Source of the DNA: Curvularia clavata
Taxonomy: Eukaryota
Assembly (NCBI GenBank): GCA_023920165.1
Contig: CP089277.1
Coordinates: 1,488,001-1,552,000 of the forward strand
DNA: 64,000 bases
Direction of reading: 5' to 3'
A model generated the notes under the pieces. The model was not told the origin of the DNA. It did not search any database and worked only from the letters and a program-made list of their open reading frames with translations. Each line of letters opens with the position of its first letter. Position 1 is the stretch's first letter. The position numbers were made by a program, and so were the translations under genes. Shown one piece after another: positions 38,124 to 47,405 of this stretch.

Positions 38124-39281
38124 ATGGCTGCCGCTGCTCCCAAGCCCGTGTCCAACATTTCCATGGCCTTTGGGCGAAAGGACAGTGGACATGCTACTTC
38201 CACTGGCACTCTCCCTACGCCCCCGAGCTCCATCTCTCCCACGCTTCCTGCACACAAGCGGCGCCCCATGCCAGTCGCTGGGCGACTGCATACACCGGAG
38301 GATGAGTCTATGGAAATCGACCTCCAGGACGCGGTGGAGCATGCGGCAGCGCAGGATCAACCCTCTGCCCTGTCCAAGGAGGCCCTGGCAGGCTTGGACG
38401 CGACGCGCCAGATTACGGCCTTGATGCTCGCCAAGCACCACCTGCCAGACATCCTCAACGGCCACGGTGCAATGCCCATTCGTGAGATGATGGCCCACCT
38501 GACTCAAGCAGTTCCTGGCTTCTCAGGATTGCCTCCAGCCAAAGCCCGCAGGCTAGTTGTAGCTGCGCTGGAACATCGGGCAGGCGGCGGTCTCCATGGT
38601 GAGGTCAAGTTCGAGAAGGTCGGTTGGGGGCGCTGGAGCGTTGCAGGCTCTGGCGCGCAGGCTCAGGGGATGCCTATCGGTGGCAAGCGCTCTGGAAACG
38701 GGCACACTCCGCCGGACAGCATCGATAGTATAGGAGGTAGTCTGCAAATACCTAGGCTGCGACAGGACCGTGACGTATACGCCGGCAGCTGGAATGCGGG
38801 TTCGTGGTCGCCTCACCGTCAGGGCGACGACGAGGAAATGGCCGACCAGATGTCGCTGGACGACTCTGACGACAGTTCCGACTCGGATTCGGCTTCAGAC
38901 ATGGAGTTGGAGGAAGAGCTGAACGACGATACGGACCAAGAAGACTGGGCGACGATGGGGCCTGAAGCTCTTCGCGAGACCCGCTGCGGTCCGCGCCGAG
39001 AACACCGTGACTACAACTATCTAAGCCGAACACAGACGAGCAACCCGCGCTACCGGAATATATCCGCCCAGGCCCACTCTCTACCTCATCCTTCCCATGG
39101 GCGCAATGCTGCGCCCGCGTTTCAACCTTTCCTTGCTGTCCCCAATGCATCCCGCGGTAATCACGCCGTGAACGCGGGCTCTTCTCTCAACACTGTTTTC
39201 AATGCATCGGTACCGCCCGTCGCCGGATCCGGCGCAGAGCGCGACGCCATCGAGGCACTCATCGCCATGGGCTCCATGTAG
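38124..39281 (+). CDS. STB3: Sin3-binding protein Stb3 homologue
   Basis: Conserved block LAKHHLPDIL..HGAMPIR..L...VPGF..LPPAKARRLVVAALE...FEKVGWGRW; acidic TDQEDW segment; C-terminal AIEALIAM. Confidence 0.85.
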   Translation: MAAAAPKPVSNISMAFGRKDSGHATSTGTLPTPPSSISPTLPAHKRRPMPVAGRLHTPEDESMEIDLQDAVEHAAAQDQPSALSKEALAGLDATRQITALMLAKHHLPDILNGHGAMPIREMMAHLTQAVPGFSGLPPAKARRLVVAALEHRAGGGLHGEVKFEKVGWGRWSVAGSGAQAQGMPIGGKRSGNGHTPPDSIDSIGGSLQIPRLRQDRDVYAGSWNAGSWSPHRQGDDEEMADQMSLDDSDDSSDSDSASDMELEEELNDDTDQEDWATMGPEALRETRCGPRREHRDYNYLSRTQTSNPRYRNISAQAHSLPHPSHGRNAAPAFQPFLAVPNASRGNHAVNAGSSLNTVFNASVPPVAGSGAERDAIEALIAMGSM

Positions 39282-40170
39282 GCCTTGCCATCAAGCCGTC
39301 CCATGGCGCCATCCAACATAACGATACACATACGATCAGGAGTCATGACATTCAACATTTTATCCGGCTGAGGCGCGACACATGTCATCATCGCCCACGC
39401 CCGCCATCTTCACACATATTTACATACACAACATATATAGGAAAGAGCGATATGGGTTGTTTCCCATTTGTTTTCTTGTTATTTCTTGTTTCGGGGTTCG
39501 GTTTTAGATGAACGTCGGCATAACCTCCTTAGTTCTCGATTTGCATGGTTCTGGTATGCAATGGGGAACGATCCGTCAAGTGCTGATGTGGATCCTGTGG
39601 AAAACCTATTATCATTTTTTTCTTCTCTCGGCTATCTTTTTCGACCGCTTTCATCCTTCTTGCTGAATTGCAGTTTTAATAAACTTTTGGGGTGAGGGTT
39701 TTTACGAACAAACATTGCCATGTCAACATGGGCTTGTCATGATGGGCGTGTCGCGCCCACACATTACTCTTGTATATACTGCCGTCAGGTTATATTTACA
39801 CTCTACTCCTCTAATCCCTCTTTCAATGATACGGGGTGGGGACGAGGTGTTAATGAGGCATCGTTGCCACGAAAGTGGTTGATGTGAATACGAATATAAT
39901 AGATGGTCTGGCACTTTGACTGCTCGTTGGGTGTCATCGTGCTGGGTCGTTGATTTCCGCATATCTGTTCCCAGATTCTTCGTCTTATCCCGTCTAGAGT
40001 TTCATGTACGTAGGCTTTATTACTACCAAGTCAAGAATACAGCGAAAGCCGGCATTTTCAGCTCGCGTTATCTTTGATGCATCGAAGGGTCCTGTTAGTA
40101 TCTGAGCTGGTGCAATTACCACGATTCACGATGGCTTCTTGGGATCTGGATGCTCTCTATACTCTATACT

Positions 40171-40464
40171 ATATCAAGATGGTACAGCTGTACGATGCAG
40201 CGCTACGTCTACTTCCTCAATGTTTCATGCACCTCGGTTAGTAACGATCATATACGCAGTGAGCAGCAGCCTAAGTTTACATTTGAGAAAAGGAGATGGT
40301 TTACCCGCAGATGGACACTACAAGAGCTCGAAAAGACACTGGAACGGAGCGTGCTAAAGAAGCTAGCTTTATTCTCGCCTGAGCTAGGCAAATGGTATAA
40401 GCGGTTGACGCAGCAGATGAGTGAGTCAGACGACGCTAATGTCTGTCGCTGTGTGTTGGCTTCT
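40171..40464 (+). pseudogene. Relic of a HET-NACHT(-repeat) heterokaryon-incompatibility / NLR-like gene
   Basis: Degenerate HET motifs (SRWY...YVYFLNVS; RWFTRRWTLQEL) abut a segment resembling the post-NACHT region (VLKKLALFSPEL..WYKRLTQQMSESDDANVCRCVLAS). No N-terminal HET half and no P-loop. Confidence 0.75.
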
Positions 40465-40804
40465 TGTTTGCATCGAAATGCACCACACTCAATTTATGTA
40501 CATCTGGGATGTGAGAATGGGAATTCAGGAGCCAGAGACTTACAATCACCCAATGTCCATTTGCGTAGAATATGCACACGGACGTATGGATGCACTAAGG
40601 TTGGAGTCATCACAACAAGGAGGCATATCGAAGCCGCAATGATGATGGGACATCCATAGAATTTGCAGTTTGGGATGCTGGGCACAACACTCTGGTGAAC
40701 ACGACAAAGTTTAGCTCTTGCTTCATCACGAACAAACAGGTGGCTGTACTAGTCTAGTAACAAAGTGTACATTTACCCGGGCATATTCGTCGTAGTAGTC
40801 GCCA

Positions 40805-41338
40805 TTATTCTTGACTTTGTACCTCAATAAAATCCCAAAAAATCCCCTCAGAGGTCCATTCCAAAATCTTGATCTTCTGCTTCGGTTCATTTGCGAATAC
40901 ACCCAAAGGACGAAGATATTCACCTTGACGTACTAGCAGAACCCAATCACCTTCTGGACGCATTCGGGGACATATGTATTCGTTGTTTCGGTGATGAGGA
41001 GTTTTACAAAACAGAAGACCATGTTCATGAAAACCGAGATATTGCGCGGAAGCTGGATCTCTAAACCCCATCCACCCTTTCTCCTCGACACAACGCCATC
41101 TGAAAGTACCAAGTCCTCCTAGTTTGTCCATGACGACCTGGCCGTCTAAGAACGTGATGACTTGTCCCGTTTTGCGAGATCGAATGATGTAAGTTCGCCC
41201 CGGCCATGGGATAGAAGACTGTGGAATTTCGCTACTCAAAGTGTTCTTTGTGGTATTTTCGGAAGATGCAGGAGGTGTGTGGATATCCCAAGTTTCAGAC
41301 CCAACAATAGAGGGAGTTATGGGCTGATCGTGCGCCAT
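40805..41338 (-). CDS. Hypothetical fungal protein, beta-rich (possibly beta-trefoil-like)
   Basis: Intronless 177-aa ORF with PWPGRTYIIR, WRCVEEKGWMGFR and YLG motifs seen in an uncharacterised fungal family; the fold is a guess. Confidence 0.7.
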   Translation of the reverse strand: MAHDQPITPSIVGSETWDIHTPPASSENTTKNTLSSEIPQSSIPWPGRTYIIRSRKTGQVITFLDGQVVMDKLGGLGTFRWRCVEEKGWMGFRDPASAQYLGFHEHGLLFCKTPHHRNNEYICPRMRPEGDWVLLVRQGEYLRPLGVFANEPKQKIKILEWTSEGIFWDFIEVQSQE

Positions 41339-42189
41339 GTTGTGAAAGACTAGTTTTGATGATCGTTTGCTATGTGCGGGGATTTAGCTGTTCAGGAGGA
41401 GGTCGGAAGAACGATGTGCTATTGGGGGCTTTTTGATGAGCGCCGCACAGCCTGGGCGCGTAATTGAGGCACAGTCGTCATACACTCGGGTGCATCAAGT
41501 ACTTTTATTGGTGTTGCTCACCCCGCTGAAGTGGAGCGGCGAATCAGCGCATGTTCGTCAGAATTACTTTAGCGCCCACCTTGCATTAATCATTATGAGG
41601 CTAGGATCAGGAAGAGTCTGGCTCTGTCAGGTGATTTAGGCAAGTAACGGCAGATATGTAATTAGAAGGTCTGCGTGATTCTGTGTACCTTTATATTTGT
41701 TAAACATGTCGAGGCTACGCAATGTTTTTCATACACATAATTAACAAGAACCGCGGGAAATTAATACTCAGTCGACTTTCAGGAATAGCAATTAGCAAGC
41801 GACTGTGCGTCCAAGTGATAGCTGGACGAAGCCTCTTGAGCTTTACGCTATATTTCGTTTAAGCTGTGCTAACAGAGCGTGAATGTGAAACTGTTGACTA
41901 AATATTTCAAATTAGTGTGACTTTACTATCTAGAACTTGTAATAGATAGAAACAAATCTAGATAACAAACAAATATAATCTATTTAAACAACACTATTAA
42001 CTTATTGTACAGGAATTTTCGACTCATAAAGATAGATGTTAGTATGCGATATCCTAAGGAGCCTTTGCTCTCTCTCAATAACAGTGCGAGCCACCGAATT
42101 GGCGAGATAGTAATCAGGCAACCGCACAACCTTGTAATATAGAACAGGCATGACTACGTAGTGTGTTACTACTACAAGTCATTATGACT

Positions 42190-42612
42190 GTTGCTGTTGT
42201 GCGGGTGTGATGTGTGGGCTTTGCCCGTCCGCCAAACAAGCAAGCAGACGAACAAACAGCACCCGATACCCACCCTTCCTTCACAAAACAGCAAACATAC
42301 CCTCAAACTCTGCCCTTTACCGTCAATCATCTCTACTCCGGCGGTCGGCCAGGCTCCTAGCGGGACACTGGTGTAGGTACACCAAACACCATATTAACTG
42401 CTAACATAGGGATTAAAACGTCTACTGACTAGCGCATTCAGTAACATTATCGAGATGTGATGCTAATGGGTTATAGGAAGCTAACAATCCACACAAGTGT
42501 CCCACCAATTAGGGTTGCTGAGATAGGAGGACGCCTCGTTCGAATCGAGGTATTGGAGCAACAAACCGCCAGATTAGAGATGATTCTTCTGATTCTTCTT
42601 TTTCTTCTTTTT
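42190..42612. ncRNA. Candidate structured non-coding RNA (or decayed inverted-repeat element)
   Basis: Nested complementary segments, a canonical T-arm and downstream T5 runs (see findings). No family recognised; strand unresolved. Confidence 0.35.
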
Positions 42613-42684
42613 CAGGCTCACTCTTCATTAGCAAAAACAACCCTACACTAGCCCGTTGTGTTTTTTGTCTACCGTTTTGCAAGT

Positions 42685-44103
42685 TCACTCTACACTACTA
42701 TCAAACACAACCCTGCACCGGCCCTTGACGCCTTCGTCCACTGCGCCCGCAATCCTACCCACCACGTCTTTCCCGAAAAACGCTGTCCCCAGCTCCTGGC
42801 TCGTGAACCAACTCGCACGATCTAGGTTGCCTGATCCCAGCACCACCATCTCGTCATCCACAATCGTCATCTTGAGATGTGACTGCTGGGCTTCTCCCGC
42901 CTCTTTGCCGCGTTTCTTGAGGCCACCGACAGGATTCCAGTACGCTATGTGCAGGCGGCCGGGAGATGGCGCCGCCATAGCTGCTTCCTCGTCGATAAGG
43001 TGCTGGCGCTCGGAAGATAGGAGGCGGTACCGCTTGATGAGTTTTTTGATGCAGCGAGATGTCGTGGTTCCGGCTGTGACGAGTTGCTCGAGTATCATGA
43101 GGCGCTCCGATGTTAGTATTCGCACTTCGACACCGCGGGCTAGTGCTCTAAGGAGGGCGGATAGAACGGGGGGCGCAGTGAGATTGGGTGTTTGAATCCG
43201 GATGCTGTGTTCAGCTTTCGAGAAGAGGGTGAGGAGGAAGACGTTGAGAGGCGTGGGAGGTGCTTGGAGTGCAGTTTGAGGTGCCAGAAAGGAGAAGCCT
43301 GGGTTCCTCCGGTGGGGACTTGGGAGGAATACTGTATGGACATCGGAAGCTGAGAGTTGCACATAAGACTTTAGCGACTCGACATGTTTAGCTGGGGAGA
43401 CGACAGCGTCTGCAGCGTCGAGGACAGTGGGTTCATCCTGTCTTCGCTCCCAGAAAGTCCGGTAGAACTTGAGGAATTGCTGTACAATAGGTCCACTCAA
43501 GGTGACAGCACCTTCGAACCATTCCTCCCAGCTGATGTTGCAGCTAGGCAACACTGCAGTTTTTCGATCGACAATGATAAACTTGGGATGCATGACACTG
43601 AACGGTAATAGGAAAATGGACTTGATCTCAATGTTAAGCCCATTTAACTCCGATGGGTCAGGAAGTCCTAGCTTTTTCACCCATGTGGACGCAGGATACG
43701 TCTGTCCTGTAACACCTTGCTTATGGAACAATTTCTGAAACACGGAACTTGAAGAAAAACATAACCGGACTCTGATCTTCTGCGTTCCCCTTCTTATAGC
43801 TTTATCTGACAGTTTTCTCAATACGGTATTCAGCGTGTCGAGAGTGGCTGATCGGGCCCAGAAACATGTGACAAGGATAAGCTCGTGGCTGGTAGACTCT
43901 AGAAGGGGAACAAGAGATTCATAAATAGATGATCCAGTCCCAGTCATGAATGCGTCGAGACTTGAAGAAGTGATGAGAGACCGGGGATAGCGAGCATAGT
44001 AGCTGGGGTCGTCACTTGCATTCTTGGGGGCAGCGGCATCGAGGGCTGAGATGAAAGGTTCATTGAAATGGGACACAGAAGGCGAAGAAGGCGCTGGTGG
44101 CAT
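42685..44103 (-). CDS. Phospholipase D / nuclease superfamily protein
   Basis: Two HKD motifs: HPKFIIVD and HLKMTIVD..GSGNLD. An upstream in-frame ATG is at 44190. Confidence 0.9.
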   Translation of the reverse strand: MPPAPSSPSVSHFNEPFISALDAAAPKNASDDPSYYARYPRSLITSSSLDAFMTGTGSSIYESLVPLLESTSHELILVTCFWARSATLDTLNTVLRKLSDKAIRRGTQKIRVRLCFSSSSVFQKLFHKQGVTGQTYPASTWVKKLGLPDPSELNGLNIEIKSIFLLPFSVMHPKFIIVDRKTAVLPSCNISWEEWFEGAVTLSGPIVQQFLKFYRTFWERRQDEPTVLDAADAVVSPAKHVESLKSYVQLSASDVHTVFLPSPHRRNPGFSFLAPQTALQAPPTPLNVFLLTLFSKAEHSIRIQTPNLTAPPVLSALLRALARGVEVRILTSERLMILEQLVTAGTTTSRCIKKLIKRYRLLSSERQHLIDEEAAMAAPSPGRLHIAYWNPVGGLKKRGKEAGEAQQSHLKMTIVDDEMVVLGSGNLDRASWFTSQELGTAFFGKDVVGRIAGAVDEGVKGRCRVVFDSSVE

Positions 44104-44436
44104 GTTTATATGTAGTGATAGCAATGCAGGCAAAACTGATCGGGGACTTTTTGGTGTATGTAATGACGTTGAGGCTTGTCGCGGACGCATCCACGTTCGA
44201 CGCGTCGAGTCTAGGCTGATTAGGGGTAGCTCCGCAGGAGGATCGCCGGGAGGCTAGCTATCAATCCCCGCCAAAATTTCCAAGAGCTTTCCAAACACGA
44301 AAAACGACATCATCACCGCGATACCAATATTGCTCAACGAACTCAACCAAACAGACGTCGCACATCGGCAATCTTAGCGACTCCTGGAATCATAGTTCGC
44401 CCCTCGTAAAGCGCCATCCGCAGGCGCATCGTCAAA

Positions 44437-45474
44437 ATGCCAATCTCCATCCTGCCACCCAGCGCACCACTCCCACCACGGCGCGATGCAAAAGAAGAAT
44501 TCGATTCCGACGTCGAAATGGACGATGACGATGATCTCGCCATCTCCGGTTCCAAATCTATCGTCACACCTGGCGAGCACATAACCTCTGACCCGCAATG
44601 GATGCGCGGCCACGGCACATACGTTCCCTCTCACCCCGCGGGCTCTACTACGATAATATCTACCGTTGCCGGCACATTGCACAAAACAAACAAGCTCTTG
44701 TCCGTCCAGCCGCTGCGTGCGCGCTACCAGCCCGAGATCGGCGACCTGGTCGTGGGCAGGATAATAACTGTCGGAACAAAGAAATGGAGCGTCGACATTG
44801 CAGCGCCCATGCTAGCCAATCTGCCCCTCTCCAGCATCAACTTGCCCGGTGGTGTGCTGAGAAGACGCACAACGGTTGACGAGTTAAACATCCGAACATT
44901 CTTCCAAGAAGGCGATTTACTCGTTGCTGAAGTGCAGACTCTACATCAGGACGGTACGGCGTCGTTGCATACGCGGTCGCTCAAGTACGGCAAGCTTAGG
45001 AACGGTCTTTTCACTAGTCTGACGGGTGCCGGTGGTGGTATTCTGAGTCGCAAGGGCGGTGTGGTACGGAGTCGACGCCAGGTTTTTACTCTGAATACGG
45101 CAGCGGGCGAAGTCGATATCGTGCTCGGTGTCAATGGGTACATCTTCATCAGCAAGCATATCGCGACGAATGCGGATCCAAAGGAGGTGGGAATCAACAG
45201 ATTGGATGAAAGCGTTACCGAGACGCTGTATTCGAGTCAAAACGACAATATCGATCCTGGTGTTATGCGCGAAATTACGAGGGTAAGCACGCTGATCCGG
45301 GGGCTGGTCGCGTGCGGTGCCAAGGTCGACGAGGATATGATTGTGAAAGTGTACGAAGGTGCTGTGGAGCTAGAGGCTGAAGAGAAGGTTATGGGTACGG
45401 TAGAAAGAGGCATCGGCGCAAAGGGTGTGGTAGAAGCCGTGTTGGCAAGGCTCGAGGTAGAGGCTGGTGGCTGA
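44437..45474 (+). CDS. RRP4: Exosome complex component Rrp4
   Basis: [47 protein letters not shown] (S1 plus KH architecture). Confidence 0.96.
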   Translation: MPISILPPSAPLPPRRDAKEEFDSDVEMDDDDDLAISGSKSIVTPGEHITSDPQWMRGHGTYVPSHPAGSTTIISTVAGTLHKTNKLLSVQPLRARYQPEIGDLVVGRIITVGTKKWSVDIAAPMLANLPLSSINLPGGVLRRRTTVDELNIRTFFQEGDLLVAEVQTLHQDGTASLHTRSLKYGKLRNGLFTSLTGAGGGILSRKGGVVRSRRQVFTLNTAAGEVDIVLGVNGYIFISKHIATNADPKEVGINRLDESVTETLYSSQNDNIDPGVMREITRVSTLIRGLVACGAKVDEDMIVKVYEGAVELEAEEKVMGTVERGIGAKGVVEAVLARLEVEAGG

Positions 45475-45869
45475 AGATGTTGAAACGGAACATGCGAAAT
45501 GACACTCAGACGAATTAAACTGAGGAGACAGCGATAGCTCATGTGCTACGCGGATTTGTTTCCTCCCACCGTACCGATCAAATCCGGTACCCCAAATCGA
45601 GCAAAGTGGTGCAATTTCTCATAAATTGCATACGTGCTTTTTGAGGCACTAGATACCATCACTATTATAGAGACGGGCGCATGTTGAAAATGCACAACAA
45701 ACAGCAAATTCAAGCGAATAGTGCGTTCTTCATCATTGTCATAATATTATAGCAGTCCACTCTCTATATACACATCATCGTGAAACACACTCGGACACAT
45801 GCCTAAACGCCTCGAGCTCTCAACCCAAGTATCCAAAATTAAAGAAGAAAAAGACATTTCAATCATCGC

Positions 45870-47405
45870 CTACACAACCAGCAGCCCATCCCTCTCTAGA
45901 TGTTTCAGACTATCCACATCTCCCCCAGCATCCATAACCGCCTTCATCGCCGCCTGACTAAGTTTTCGCCGCCTCTCTGCCGCCTCCCTCTCGCGCCGCG
46001 CTTTCGTCTTGCTACTGCCGCTCGGCGCAACGCCAGTTAGGATCTTCCTGCTATCCTCGGGCGTAAAGTTTACAAAGCCGACGTCGCCGGTGCTGGAACT
46101 GCTTGCTTGACGTGAGGACGAGTGCTGTGATGAGGAGCGCGACCTGCGGCGCTGAGAGCGGCTGGTGCGATGGCGAGGACGAGAGCGGGAGCTGGGCTTG
46201 CGGTGGTGGGGGCGCATTTGGATGTTTGGTGAAGGGAGGGGCCGGTGGGGCTGGACCGGGTACAGGGTGCTGTATGTAGTATCGAGGCAGGCTGAGGCTG
46301 AGTTGAAATCAAAGGGAGTGTTATTGCAAGTGATGCCTAATCCTTGGACTTCTGTGTTTTGGCTCGTGAAGTACATAGTGCTTTCCATAGGAGGATGGGA
46401 TGGGTGGCTAGTCGGGATATCGCCGCTCCACCAGCTACACGCATCGCTATTGTCGAAGAATTCGGGTGAAGCTGTGAGATCGAAGCCTGGTGCAGATGTG
46501 GTGGCTTGTTGAAGGGATGAGAGTGGGGTCAGCAAGGCTGAAAGGGCCAAACTTGAGACGCCAGGAGAACCGAATGTAAGGCCAATATTCTTATCGAAAT
46601 ATTCTCCGTTGATTGCATCTATGGCGGAAGTGACAGAACATGTTGATTGGTAGTCTGAAAAGAAGTTGTCATCGTTCGCCAGAAGAGGCAAATGCCCAAC
46701 ATTGTGGGCTCGATCGTATTGTTTGGGAAGACCATCAGCCTGCTCTTGATGACTAGACCTAAGAGATTCAGACTTGGAAACAGCCTCGTTGGTTGAAGTT
46801 CCAATAAGCGATTCTATCGGAGTTGTCGCATGGCGTCTCCAAGTATCTGGTGTATACAAGTGGTGACCAAACTGCATCATTTTCATTCGAGGTTTGGTTG
46901 ATGGCTTTCTCGATGGGCTTTTGGTGCCAAAGTGTTGTTTATAATTTCGAAAGGCTACAGCCTTCTTAAGTGACTGATCGCACATGTAGGGCTCCGGTGT
47001 GGAAGGCTGAGAGGCTGATTGCGAATATCCACTATCCGACTCAATGACTTCTTGAAACCTGGCCAATTCTGAGTCGCTATATGATTCGTCCCCAGCAGAT
47101 GATGCAGTATAGGAGGGAGAGGTAAGGCAGTCCGAATATGACGAGGTAAGGCTCTGGTCACAGTCTTGGAGTGCCTTATGCCATGCAGCCTTTGCTTCTT
47201 GATTGAGACTAGGCTCAGCCTCGTTCAAGTCGCTCTCATTCGACGCAACAACCTCGAGATGATTCGCCAGCTGGTCTGGGCTGGAATGACCAGATAATGA
47301 GTCGCTTAATGGCAGCACATCTGAATCAACATACTCCTCGAATAGGCGGTCCAGATCCACCGTCTCTGCCTCTCTGCAGTTGTTGGGCTGCATTGGTATG
47401 GCCAT
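45870..47405 (-). CDS. wetA: WetA-like developmental regulator
   Basis: Low-complexity body with the C-terminal ESC1/WetA motif GFVNFTPEDSRKILTGVAPSGSSKTKARREREA. Confidence 0.85.
   Translation of the reverse strand: MAIPMQPNNCREAETVDLDRLFEEYVDSDVLPLSDSLSGHSSPDQLANHLEVVASNESDLNEAEPSLNQEAKAAWHKALQDCDQSLTSSYSDCLTSPSYTASSAGDESYSDSELARFQEVIESDSGYSQSASQPSTPEPYMCDQSLKKAVAFRNYKQHFGTKSPSRKPSTKPRMKMMQFGHHLYTPDTWRRHATTPIESLIGTSTNEAVSKSESLRSSHQEQADGLPKQYDRAHNVGHLPLLANDDNFFSDYQSTCSVTSAIDAINGEYFDKNIGLTFGSPGVSSLALSALLTPLSSLQQATTSAPGFDLTASPEFFDNSDACSWWSGDIPTSHPSHPPMESTMYFTSQNTEVQGLGITCNNTPFDFNSASACLDTTYSTLYPVQPHRPLPSPNIQMRPHHRKPSSRSRPRHRTSRSQRRRSRSSSQHSSSRQASSSSTGDVGFVNFTPEDSRKILTGVAPSGSSKTKARREREAAERRRKLSQAAMKAVMDAGGDVDSLKHLERDGLLVV

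Noticed and set aside
42311..42321. TGCCCTTTACC resembling U5 snRNA loop 1
   Set aside because: One mismatch in the invariant loop, no closing stem and no Sm site.
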